From Stegostoma tigrinum (Eukaryota): 64,000 nucleotides of DNA. A program made the position numbers and the translations under genes. Shown here piece after piece: positions 24,020 to 35,562 of the stretch. The first letter of the stretch is position 1. Each line of letters starts with the position of its first letter. The notes below the pieces were generated by a model. That model was not told where the DNA came from. It saw only the letters and a list, made by a program, of their open reading frames with translations, and ran no database searches. Location of the stretch: assembly GCF_030684315.1 (NCBI RefSeq), contig NC_081384.1:37064310-37128309 (forward strand), read 5' to 3'.

Positions 24020-24400
24020 GGCTCACACATCCTCCCACCTTGAGCTCCACCCCCATCTCCTACCTTCTAACCTGATCCCGCCCCCTTGACCTGTCTGTTC
24101 TCCACGGACTGACCTATCCCCTCCCTACCTCCCCACCTACATTCACCTCTACAGGCTCCATCCCCACCCCTTTAACTTGTCTGTCTCCTCTCCACCTATC
24201 TTCTCCTCTATCCATCTTCAATATGCCTCCCCCTCTCTCCCTATTTATTTCAGAACCATCCCCCCTTTCTGATGAAGGGGCTAGGCCCGAAACGTTAGCT
24301 TTTGTGCTTCTAAGATGCTGCTGGGCCTGCTGTATTCATCCAGGTCCACACTTTGTTATCTCGGATTCTCCAGCATCTGCAGTTCCCATTATTTCTGATA
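24020..24400 (+). mobile_element. Solo PLE family B pLTR with hammerhead-like core
   Basis: C/T-rich body followed by CTGATGA-A-GGG-GCTAGG-CCC-GAAA-CG-TT at 24269-24296. Confidence 0.85.
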
Positions 24401-24419
24401 CAATTTTAACCCTTTTCAC

Positions 24420-24870
24420 ATTTTCCCACTTTATTCCCTGTTTTCCAGATCTTTGCACTCATTTAAACAATTTCTATCTTTTTGTAGCCTCCTTATGTCC
24501 TTGTCACAACTTACTTTCCTGCATAACTTTGATCATTGTGAATGTAGCAACCATTCCTTTGGCTCCTCATCCAAATTATTTATATGTAGGAAAAAGCCAA
24601 TGCTTCAGCACTGATCCCTCGGCACATCTCTCATTGGATTTTGCCAGTCAGAAATTAACCCATTTGTGCCTATTCTTTTAGCTAGCCAATCTTCTATCCA
24701 CGCCGATATATTCTACTCGACAGCATTAACTATTATTTTCTGCAAAAACTTTCAATGTGGCACTTTTATCCAGCACCTCCTAGAAATCTAAACACAGTAC
24801 ACCCATCAGTTTCCCTTTATCCACAGCACATGTTAATTTCTAAAGAGCTCCAATTAATTTAGTTACTCCT
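24420..24870 (-). mobile_element. CR1 RT fragment
   Basis: Reverse complement of the GVPRDQC/KGEPMGVLCLDF-like regions; continues at 25230-25480. Confidence 0.65.
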
Positions 24871-24891
24871 CAAGAACGTTACTCCAGTTTA

Positions 24892-25225
24892 GGGGCAGCA
24901 CAGTGGTTCAGTGGTTAGCATTGCTGCCTAACAGCACCAGGGACCAAGGTTCCATCCTAGCCTGGGGAGACCGTCTCTATGGAGTTTTCACATTGTCAGC
25001 GTGCATTTCCTCTGGGACCTCCAGTTTCGTCTCACAGTCCGAAGTTAGGTGGATCGACCATGGTAAATTGCCCATAGTATCCTTGGATGTCTAGGTTAGG
25101 TGGATTAGCCCTGGGAAATAAAGGGTCAAGATAGGGGTGTGGGTCTGGGCGTGATGCTCTTTCGGGAGTTGGTGTGGATCTGGTAGGCTGAATGGCCTGG
25201 TAACACACTCTAGGGATTCTACGAA
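24892..25225 (+). mobile_element. HE1-type tRNA-derived V-SINE
   Basis: GGGGCAGCACAGTGGTTCAGTGGTTAGCA head, V-domain-like core, GGGATTCTA tail. Confidence 0.85.
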
Positions 25226-25477
25226 CCGGTTAAACATAATTTCTCCTCCAAAAAAACCACATTCATTCTGCCTGATTTCTTAGAACTTATCTGAATACTT
25301 ACCATTTTTAATAATACTATCCAACATCTTCCCGAAGACATGTGTTAGACTAACTAGCTCATCATTTGCCATCTTCTGTCTCCTTCCCTTTTTGAATAAA
25401 GCAGTACATTTTATATTTTCCAATCCAATGAAACTTTTTTCTGAATCTAGAAAGTTATGTAAAATTAATAGCAATTT

Positions 25478-26370
25478 TTTATTTCATTCCTGGGGCATGG
25501 AATTGCTGGCTGGCCAGTATTTATTACGCATCCCTTGAGAAGGTGGTGGTGAGCTGCTTTCTTGTACTCCTACAGTCCATGTGCTAGATAATAACTCACA
25601 ATGCCCTTAGGGAGGGAATTCCAGGATTTTGACCCAGTGACACTGAAGGAATGGCATACATTTCCTAGTCAGGATGGTGAGAGGTTGGAGAGGAACTTGA
25701 AGGTGGTGCACATCTGTGGTCCTTGTTCTTCTAGACAGAAGTGACCATGGGTTTGGAATGTGAGATAACAAGGTGTAGAGCTGGATGAACACAGCAGGCC
25801 AAGCAGCATCTTAGGAGCAGGAAAACAGACGTTTCGGGCCTAGATCCTTCATCAGAAATCATTATCTGGGATTGTCCAGCACCTGATGTTCCTATTATCT
25901 CTGATGGGTTGGGAATGTGCTATCTACGGATATTTGGTGAATTTCTGTTGTACATCTTGTAGATAACACACACTGCTGCTACTGGGCATTGGTGATGGAC
26001 GACATGGATGCTTGTGGATGTGGTGCCAATCAAGCGGGCTGCTTTGTCCTGGATGGTGTCAAGCTTCTTGAGTGTTGCTGGAGCTGCACCCATCCAGGAA
26101 AGTGGGGAGTATTCCACCACACTCCTAACTTGTATCTTCTCGATTGTGGACAGGCTTTGAGGAGTCAGGAGGTGAATTACTCGCTGCAGTATTCCCAGCC
26201 TCTGATCTGCTCTTGTAGCCACTGTGTTTATGTGGCCAATCCAGTTGAATTTCTGGTCAATGGTAACCCTCAGGATGTTGATGGTGGGGGATTCAGTGAT
26301 GGTGACACCATTCAATGTCAAGAGACGGTGGTAAGATAGTCCCTTATTGGAGATAGTCATTGCCTGTCAT
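25478..26370 (-). mobile_element. CR1-superclade (Crack/Daphne-like) LINE 3' end with a nested PLE family B insertion (25763-25903, 16-bp TSD)
   Basis: Minus ORF INILRVTIDQKFNWIGHINTVA..QRLGILQR..YSPLSWMGAAPATLKKLDTIQDKAARLI. TSD ATGGGTT(T/G)GGAATGTG at 25747-25762 and 25904-25919. Confidence 0.88.
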
Positions 26371-27867
26371 TACATCAATTATCTCTCTAGCTGCCTCTTT
26401 TAAATCTGAAGACAAAATCTGTCAGACACAGGGACCTGTCAGACTGTAGCTTCAACAGTTTATTCAGCACTGCTTGCAATGTCCTTGACTTCCTCCCTCC
26501 CTTCCAATAATTTATAGCTATTTCTGGGTTGTTACTTATATCCTCTGTAATGAAGCCCAATGCAAACTATCTGCCATCTCTTTTATTTTTTGTTATTAAT
26601 TCCCCACTTTCACTTTCAATAGGACCAATGGTTACTTTGTTGATTCTTCTCTTTTTAAACTATCAATAGAAACTCACAGAATCTGCTTTCATACTTCTAG
26701 TTAGCTGTCTATCATATCCCTACTTTTACTTCCTTAGTTTTTTAGACATTCATTTTTGTTTTAATATTCTCTTCGCTCTTCTGGCTTGCCAGACATGTCT
26801 GCAATTATATGATTTTTCTTCATGTTTTATGCTATAGCTAACTTTTTTTAGATAATCATATTTGGTGGGTCATTCATTAAATTCTGGCCTCTTGAGTATC
26901 CTTGATTTGAATCATTGTACTCCTCTGACTGTTGCTGCAGCTGCTTGAGTATTTCACGCTGTAATTCCCTCCTCAAACCTCACTTTCTTCCTTTAAGATA
27001 CTGCTTAAAACCTAACACTTTGGCCAAGACTTGTGACATTTGCCTTAATTTTCCTCATGGGGCTCAGTGTCATATTTTGTTTTATAATGCTCTTTGAATT
27101 GCCTTGATTCATTAAAGGAGCTGTAAAAATACAATCTGTCATTCCTGTATAAATCGATCTCAAGTGGTCCTAACTGTGAAGGACACTACGGCCCCTATAT
27201 TGTTCATCTGAAAAATTGTCATTCAACCTAAGTCCCTGTTTTTTTAGCCAAATTTATAAACATGCAGTCATTAGGCTTCAATTCATTATAACGTGTTTAC
27301 CATTTGGAAATCCAGATACATATCAACTGTGCTCCCCTCCTCTTCATCAAAGAACAAAATACATCTATAAAATGATTGCTCCCTTTTTATGTTCCCTCCT
27401 AATCTCTATTCATTCATGCTCTTAGTCCCTGCCCTCTGTTCTCCTCTGTACTTTTTGCATTCACTTCGGTGCATTACTGAATCAGGAACATGACATTGAT
27501 CATAAGCCTCATTTTCTGTTCGTTCTAACATCTACAGTTTCACTCACTCTGAGAGCTTTAGATTTGCACAAAGCCAACTGAAAAATCGCAGCGGCTCTGG
27601 CTTTTGGCAGCTTTATCTTTCTGCTTTCAGCTTTCAAGAATCCAGGATTTGTATGTCCTTCTCATCCCGACGAATGTGCATCAGTGAATAACCCAAATCA
27701 GTAATGCTTCACTCCAATCCTCCCCATGCAGTTGAAATGATTTGTAGTAACGCTGATGGTCACCAACCTGGTGTAATTACTCGAGTCTCTGAAAATGGGG
27801 AAGGTGAGTTGGTGACAAAGCAGCAGGCCATTTGACATTTTGAAGGCACGAAATAAGGAGCAGATGT

Positions 27868-28215
27868 GGGCAGTACAGTGGCTGAGCAGTGAGCACTGCT
27901 GCCTCACGGCGCTAGGGGCCTGGGTTTGATTCCAGCCTCAGGCTGTATATGTGATCTCTTTGAGGAGTTTGCACATTCTCCCTGCGTCTGCGTGGCCTTC
28001 ATCCCACAGTCCAAAGATACGCAGATTAGGGTGGATTGTCCATGCTAAATGGCCCATAGTGTGCAGGCTAGCTGGGTTAGCTATGGCAAATGTGGGGTTA
28101 CAAGGGTAAATCTTCTCAAAACTCGCTTACAAGGGTAAGCTGGTCTGGGTGGGATGTTATTTAGAGAGTCAGTGTGGATCCAATGGGCCAAATGGTCTGA
28201 TTCCACACTACAGGG
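27868..28215 (+). mobile_element. HE1-type SINE containing a 17-nt PLE micro-insertion
   Basis: GGGCAGTACAGTGGCTGAGCAGTGAGCACTGCTGCCTCAC..GGAGTTTGCACATTCTCCC..CCCACAGTCCAAAGAT. Confidence 0.85.
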
Positions 28216-28474
28216 AAGGTGCAATCAAGGTGAAAAACCCGGGCATCTATTGCCCACTGCATTTCTTTTTGGGCGTTGATATAAAAATGCTTGGGAATCT
28301 TTTAAACCAGTTGGGGCAAAGTGATGTAGGGGTAATGTCAGTGGATAAATCTAAAACCCCAAAACAGGGCAAAGGAAAGAGGTCTCTTCAAGGATTATTG
28401 CTTCTAACCCAACCCCAGCCAGCAAAGCCCACATCCAGAATGAGTAAATAAAAATAAGTCAAGAATATAACAGA

Positions 28475-29586
28475 GATAGAAGGAACTCAGATGCTGGAGA
28501 ATCTGAGATAACAAGGTGTAGAGCTGGATGAACACAGTAGGCCAAGCAGCATCAGAGGAGCTGGAAGGCTGACATTTTGGGCCTAGAGCTTTCTTCAGAA
28601 ATGGGGGAGGGGAAGGGGGCTCTGAAATAAATAGGGAGAGAAGGGGAGGAGGGTAGAAGATGGATTGAGGAGAAGACAGGCCGGTCAAAGAGGGGGGGAT
28701 GGAGCCAATAAAGGTGAGTGTAGGTGGGGAGGTAGGGAGGAGATAGGTCAATCCAGGGAGGACGGACAGGTCAAGGGGGCAGGATGAGGTTAGTAGGTAG
28801 GAGATGGGGTGGGGCTTGAGGTAGGAGGAGAGGATAGGTGGGAAGAAGGACAGGTTAAGGAGGCAGGGACGAGCTGTGCTGGTCTTGGGATGTGGTGGGG
28901 GCGGGAAGATTTTGAAGCTTGTGAAGTCCACATTGATACCATTGGGCTTCAGGGTTCCCAAGCAGAATATGAGGTGCTGTTCCTGAAACCTTCGAGACGC
29001 ATCGTTGTGGCGCTGCAGGAGGTCCAAGATGGACATGTCGTCTGAGGATTAGGAGGGGTTTTGAAATGGTTCGCGACTGAGAACCTCCCAGTCGATGTTG
29101 CTACTTGAAGGTTGCAGGAACAGCAACTCATACTCCGCTTGGGAACCCTGCAGCCTAATGGTATCAATATGGACATCACAAGCTTCAAAATCTCCCCTCC
29201 CTCTATTGCATCCCAAACCCAACCCAGCTCGTCCCTGCTTCCCTAACCTGTCCTTCCTCCCACCTATCCCCTCCTCCCACCTCAAGCCCCACCCCCATCT
29301 CCTACCTAATAACCTCATCCTGCCCCCTTGACATGTCCATTCTCCCTGGACTGACCTATCCCCTCCCTACCTCCCCACCTACATTAAACTTTACTGGCAC
29401 CATTCCCGCCTCTTTGATCTGTCTGTCTCCCTCTCCACCTATCTTCTCCTCTATCTCCCTATTTATTACAGAACCCCCTTCCCCTCCACCATTTCTGAAG
29501 AAGGGTCTAGGCCCGAAACATCAACCTTCCTGCTCCTTTGATGCTGCTTGGCCTGCTGTGTTCATCCAGCTCTACACCTTGTTATC
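28475..29586. mobile_element. 1.1-kb fold-back PLE family B (Neptune-like) insertion with 16-bp TSD
   Basis: The left arm (minus) encodes MSILDLLQRHNDASRRFQEQHLIFCLGTLKPNGINVDFTSFKI followed by the pLTR, and the right arm is its inverted copy. TCAAGAATATAACAGA is at 28459-28474 and 29587-29602. Confidence 0.92.
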
Positions 29587-29834
29587 TCAAGAATATAACA
29601 GATTGCTCAGCTGACCTCAGGTTTAATGAAATCATGGTTGGTCACATGTACAGTGTTGTTATGAGATTCTCTCTCAGCTCAGCATATGGAGGTTTTTATT
29701 GATTTTCATGGAACAACCCATAATCTCCTATTCATTGCATATTTCCAGCATGGAGAGGATATATTTACTGTGTTTGAACCTGTAGCTATATGTAACAACT
29801 TCCTTCCACATCTTAATCAATTCCATCTGAAGGC

Positions 29835-30160
29835 TGTGATATTGTAGCAATATCAATGAGTTGGTAATCTCAAACTCCGGGCTACTGTTCTGGGGAATAT
29901 GGATTCAAATCCCACAAGGTTGGTGAAATGTGAATTCAATAATCTCTACAATAAAACCTAGCCTAATAATGACCATGTAACCACTGTCAATTGCTGTTAG
30001 CGAAACACTCAACTGGTTCACTAACATCCTTTAGGGAAGGCAATCTACTATACTTACCTGGTCTGGCTTACATGTGAGTCCGAGCACCTGAACAGTTAGG
30101 GATGGACAATAAATGCGGGTTCAGCCAGTGATGCCCACATCCATGGCTGAATTTAAAATA
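29835..30160 (+). mobile_element. tRNA-derived SINE with a MetaSINE-like central domain
   Basis: ACTGGTTCACTAACATCCTTTAGGGAAGGCAATCT..CTTACCTGGTCTGGCTTACATGTGAG core. The tail GATGCCCACATCC is shared with the Crack-like LINE 3' ends. The superfamily name is from recall and unverified. Confidence 0.6.
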
Positions 30161-31039
30161 AGCTAAAAAAGGCAGCAAGAGTATGGGAGAAATGGCCTGA
30201 CACTGGGACCATAACTAAATGTAGCAGCAGATTGTGCTGGGAACAATAGCAGCATCTGCATGTTATCTAATGGCATTTTCAAAATTCTACTTTGCACCTT
30301 CAATGAATGATGAACACCAAAACTGAGAGCAGCCAGCTCTACAAATCTAGCCGTGACTGTTGGGCCACAAGATGCTCTGGCCCAAAGTTCCAATTCTCAG
30401 AAACTGCAAAGGCTTGCACCAAGGTGAGTTTCACCTTCAGTTGTGAATGTAGCTTCAAAAACAAAAAAAAACATCGCTATATTTTGTACGAACTCAAAGT
30501 CAGAAGAGTTGACTATATTGTTACACCACGAAACAAGCATGGGCCTGACAACAAAGAGTGAGTTGATGGGTTTGTGGATGCAATTCAAGCCCCTTGTGCA
30601 TCCATCATTCCCTCCCCCAGGCGGATGCTAATTAATTATCTCTTTTTGGATGATTTATTGGTTCATGATACTTAATTGGATGCGCAGAGATGGTGAATGT
30701 AAAATCTAATCCAGTTCCTTTGATGAATGTTGCCACTTCCATCATTTTTAGATTCCCTATGGTTCTGAATAAGTGTCAGACCGGAATATTAAGTTTCCAC
30801 TGCTCCCTTGTATGAGCCATTTTTGCCACTATATCGCAACAGTAGTTTGCTGCATGCGTCTGCCGCTCACTGGCATCATTCACCACACTCCCATGTATTT
30901 CATTACACTCATTCCAAACCCAACCCCGCCTGCGATGTATTATCTCCATGTCTGCTTCTTCCTATTTCTGAAGTACTCTTCGTTCTAATGCAGTTTGTCT
31001 CTTCCAGTCCTCGATAATCACGCTGTCTCATACGAACAA

Positions 31040-32620
31040 GGAACAAGAGTAGCGCAAGCAGCCCTTTTGAGCCTGGTCTGCCATTCAATAGGATCATGGC
31101 TGATCTGATTATAACCTCAATTCTACAATCCTGCATATCCCTGCAAATCTTTCATCCCTTTGGTAATCAATAATCTATCTACCTCTCCCTTAACAATATT
31201 CCAAACACTCACAACTCTGTGAGAATTTTTTTGCCTTATCTCCCTTTTAAATGGTGACACTCATGTTTAAACAATGATCCCTAGTACGAGGTTCTCCCAT
31301 AAAATGAAAAAATGCTTTCAACATTTGAAAACAGAAAGTTTTGGGAATCACAGTGGGCCAGGCAGCATCCATGTAGAGAGAGCAAGCTAACATTTTGAGT
31401 CGAGATGACTCTTCATCAGAGCTGATGTGAAGTATGGAGGGCGCGGAATTTATGCACTGGCTGGGAATGGAGGCAGGGGGTATGCTGGCTGAGAAAGGAT
31501 TTTGATAGTGCAGATGACGTGATTGGAAAATCTGCATTATCAGCGGCCTTTCTCCCCCCACACTCCAGCACCACCAACTAGCGCATAAACACTGCTCCCT
31601 CCACATTTCACTTCAGCTCTGATGAAGAGTCATCTAGACTTGAAACATTAGCTTGCCTCCTCTACCTGGATGCTGCCTGACCCACTGTATTCTCCAGCAT
31701 TTACTGTTTTCAGTACAGATTCCAGCATCTGCAGAAATTTGCTCCTACATGTTCTCAACATTTACTTAGTCAAGTCCATCGGGATCTTCTATGCTTCAAT
31801 AAAGTCTCTTCTGACTCTTCTGAACTGTGGACAATACAGCCTAGCCCGTCCAGCGTCTGCCCCTGAGGTAATCTGCTCATTCCATGCATTAATCTAGTAA
31901 ATGTCTTTGACCTGCTTCCAACACATTAGTATCAGTGATCAGGGCTGTACTCAGTACTCCAGATGCAGTCTCACCAATACCCTGTGTAACTGAAGTACAT
32001 CCTCCATACTTCTACATTCAATTCCCCTCCCCAATGAAAAACACAACATTGTATTAGCTTTCCTGATTATTTGTTGCTCCCGCATACTAACCTTCTGTGA
32101 TTCACACACTGGCACACCCATCTTAGAGCTCTGCAATCTCTCAGTGTTTAGATAATATGCTTTTTTAAAATTCTTTCTGCCAAAATGGACAATATCACTC
32201 TTTGGCACACTATATTTCAGTTACCAGATCGGTATCCACTTAATTATTCTATTTATATCATTTGGGAGGTTCCTTATGTCATTTTCACAACCTAGTTTCC
32301 TATCTACCTCTGTATCATCAGCAAATTTAGCTACCAGACCTTCGGTCCCTCCATCCAAATCATTTATGTAAACTGTAAGGTGTTCAGGCCCCAGCACTGA
32401 CCTTGTGGTACACCATTCACGACATCCTTCCAGCCTGAAAAAGACCCATTTATTCTCCTCACTGCTCCTTGTAAACCAGCCCACCTTCTGTTCATGTTGA
32501 TATGTTATCCCCTACACTCTCAGCTTTTATCTTAAACAATAGCCTTTGCTGTAGCTCCTTATCAAATGCCTTCTGGAAACCAACGTGCAATAAATCCATG
32601 GTTCCTCTTCATCAACAATG
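31040..32620 (-). mobile_element. CR1 LINE 3' region and RT, interrupted at 31327-31748
   Basis: Minus ORFs SVLGPEHLTVYINDLDGGTEGLVAKFADDTEV and QQIIRKANTML..LVRLHLEY. Confidence 0.9.
31327..31748. mobile_element. Fold-back PLE pLTR insertion with hammerhead cores and ~15-bp TSD
   Basis: AGCT-CTGATGA-A-GAGTC-ATCTA-GACTT-GAAA-CA-TT-AGCT at ~31615-31653, with an inverted copy at ~31385-31425. TSD ATG(CT/TT)(T/C)TCAACATTT at 31312-31326 and 31749-31763. Confidence 0.8.
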
Positions 32621-32629
32621 CATGCTATT

Positions 32630-33115
32630 TACAGTCTTGGAGTCATACAACATGGAAACAAACCCTTCTGTCCAACCAGTCCATGCCATCCATAATTCCA
32701 AATGAAACTAATCTCACCTGCCTGCAATTGACCCATAATCCCTCCAAATATTGCCTATTCATGTACTTGCCGAATATCTTTTAAATGTTGTAACTGTAAC
32801 TCACATACACCGCTTTCTCCGGAAGTACATTCCACACATGAATCACTCCCTGTGTAAAGAAATTGTTCTCATGCCTTTTTTAAAAATTCTTTCACTCTCA
32901 CCTTAAAAGATATGCTCCTAGTCTTGAAATCCCCCACCCTGAGCAAAAGACACTTGCCATTTATCTTATCTATACCTCCCATTATTTTATAAACCTCTAT
33001 AAAGTCATCTCTCAACCTCCTGTGCTCCAGTGAAAAAAGTCCCAGCCTATCCAGCCTCTCCTTATAACGCAAACCCTCCATTCCCAACAACATTCTGGTA
33101 AATATCTTCTGAATA
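32630..33115 (-). mobile_element. CR1/HER1 3' end
   Basis: Minus ORF FTRMLLGMEGLRYKERLDRLGLFSLEHRRLRDDFIEVYKIMGGIDK. Confidence 0.92.
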
Positions 33116-33399
33116 AGGCAGTGATAAAGATTCAACACTGCCTTCAGTCATCTGTGGAAGAAGGTATGTGAAAACCTCAAACCTAGCACCAAACTACACA
33201 GCAGTAGTGACACCCATTCTCCTATGTGCCTCAGAGACTTGGGCCGTGTACAGCAGTCACCTCAAACCCCTCGAGAGTTACCACCAGCTGCCTCCATTTT
33301 CCTGCAGGACAGGTCCATCATGTTAATGTTCTCTCTCAGGCCAATGTGTCTAGCACTGAAACATTGCCCACAGTCGATCAGCTCTGCTGGCCAGGCCAC

Positions 33400-33755
33400 T
33401 TTTTTTTATTCATTCACATGATGTGGGCATCACTGGCTAAGCAGCATTTATTGCCCATCCCTAGTTGCCCTGAGGGCAATTAAGAGTCGGGGAGTTAAGA
33501 GTCAATCACATTGCTACAGGTCTGGAGTCACATGTAGGCCAGACCAGGTAAGATGGCAGTTGCCTTCCCTAAAGGACATTGGTGAATCAAATGGGTTTTT
33601 CCAACAATCGACAACGGATTCATGATCATCATTAGATTCTTAATTCCAGAATTTTTTTTTTAATCTGCCATGACAGGATTCACATCTGGGTTCCCAGAAC
33701 ATTATCTGGGTTGCTGGATAAACAGTTCAGTGATAATACCACTCGACCGTAGCCC
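33400..33755 (-). mobile_element. SINE of the same family as 29835-30160
   Basis: Reverse complement of the AATGTCCTTTAGGGAAGGCAACTGCCATCTTACCTGGTCTGGCCTACATGTGACTCCAGAC core and the GATGCCCACATC..GAATGAATAAAA tail. Confidence 0.7.
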
Positions 33756-34809
33756 ACAGCATGATCTGAATGCTCTTCTGGGAGCATTGACAATGCAAGT
33801 GACCCCCAGGAGGGTAGAGCAAATGCTTCAAAGACACCCTCAAAGTCTATCTGACAAAGGGCAATGTCTGCATGAACACTTTGGGAAACCCTGGCCCAGG
33901 GCCATCGGAAGTGGAGGGAAAAGCACTTTAGAAAGATGTGTTTCCTTCGAGTCTCATTGGCCGATGGCAAACTGAAGCCAAACTCAATGCTCCCTCTGAG
34001 ATTGGTTCCGAGGTTGCGTGCTTGACAGTCAGCACTGGCCCACTGATCCCAGAGACCTGTTCAGCTGGGAAGAAAATTAGGTGGAACGCTGGTTGAAGTC
34101 GACAGAGAATTGACAACTTAAGACACCTCATCGCCCCATTTGCCCAACTAACCTCGCTGTTGCAGAGGCTGTAGATCATGCACTACACTCTTCAGTCAGC
34201 CGTGAACTCACATTTAGTACGGAAGGAATTCATCTTCAACCACGGGGAGCTGCCTAAGAATGGTGGTCACTCATGGACCTCCCTGTGCAGATCTATTTGG
34301 GATGCAGGCAGACTCCTTTCTGGCCTCCCTCCTGCCTGACGAAATGCCCTGCATAAAATATTGCTCACTATGCGTCAACTATCAACTCTGTGGTGATAGC
34401 TGAATTCCTACACTTCGCTGAGCCCAACTCAATGCATTCACCCTGTGCCTCCATGCTCCTCAGTGATGTCCCATTGCATAGGTACCACCTGCAAAGCAGC
34501 TTGAAACTATCGCTGCGCCTAAGGACTCCTGCACCAACTGTCTCTTCCTTTGCTGCCAGGGGATCATTCGCTAACTAATCTCCTGTACTTTCTGTGAACC
34601 TCCTAGAACATGTATTCCAATATATTCTCAGGCTTTTGTATGTTCAGCAGTGATTCAAGCTATTTCTCAAGCTCCAAATCCGTGAACTCAAGCTCATGCA
34701 CGGTCATCCAGAATACTCAAAGCATCCTTGAAGTCTCATATGGAATTACAAGCAATGAGGGTCAGTGGTCTTGTCATTTTATTAAAATAATCTAATCGAT
34801 TCTGTTCAA

Positions 34810-35070
34810 TCATAGAATCCCCACAGTGCAGAAACAGGCTACTCAGCCCATCGAGTCTGCACCAACCCTCCAAAGAGCATTCCACCCAGACCCAGCCGCC
34901 TACACTATCCCCATAACCCCACATTTCGCCATGGCAAACCCAGCTAGCCTGCATATCCCTGGACACTGTGGGCAATTTAGCATCGCCAATCCACCTAACA
35001 TGTACATCTTTGGATTATGGGAGGAAACTGGAGCATCTGGAGGAAACTCACACAGATACGGAGAGAACAT
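34810..35070 (-). mobile_element. 5'-truncated HE1-type SINE
   Basis: CATAGAATCCCCACAGTG..GGGCAATTTAGCAT..CATCTTTGGA..GGGAGGAAAC. Confidence 0.85.
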
Positions 35071-35331
35071 TATATATTTTTCGCTTATATGATAGAAGTT
35101 TTGTTTTAGTATTCTCTTTACGTCTACATATTATTAACAGACGCTAAGTTTTTTTTAATACAATTTGGAATCCTTTTATGTTGCAATCTTGTAATTAATT
35201 TTCATGTTATTCTCTTAGACCTAATTCATTATTCTAATTATTTATTTATGAGTTCACTGACAATTCTTGCTTTCACTCACTTAGCACCTTCTCCCCTGCA
35301 TCCAATTCTCACTCTCACAACATTCCCGCTT

Positions 35332-35562
35332 TAAACAAAATCAGAAATTGCTGGTGAAACTCAGCAGGCCTGGCAATTCTGTGGGCCGATAGCAGAATGA
35401 AGGTTTGTGCCTGGTGAGAAGAGTTCTGATCTAGTGAACAGTCATTTGACTGGAAACATCAATTGTGGTTTCTTCCCACTGATGCTGACAGACCTGCTGA
35501 GTTTCTCCAGCAATTTCTGCTTTTGTTTCAGATCTCCAGCATCTGCAGTTCTTTGTTTTATT
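35332..35562. mobile_element. Fold-back PLE family C remnant
   Basis: CAGAAATTGCTGGTGAAACTCAGCAGG and the inverted CCTGCTGAGTTTCTCCAGCAATTTCTG. Confidence 0.75.

Noticed and set aside
27770-27815. Strong minus-strand acceptor (CCTTCCCCATTTTCAG) with a possible 21-nt micro-exon
   Set aside because: Splice-like signals of this strength occur by chance in 64 kb. The phase-0 reading has a stop, and there is no supporting homology.
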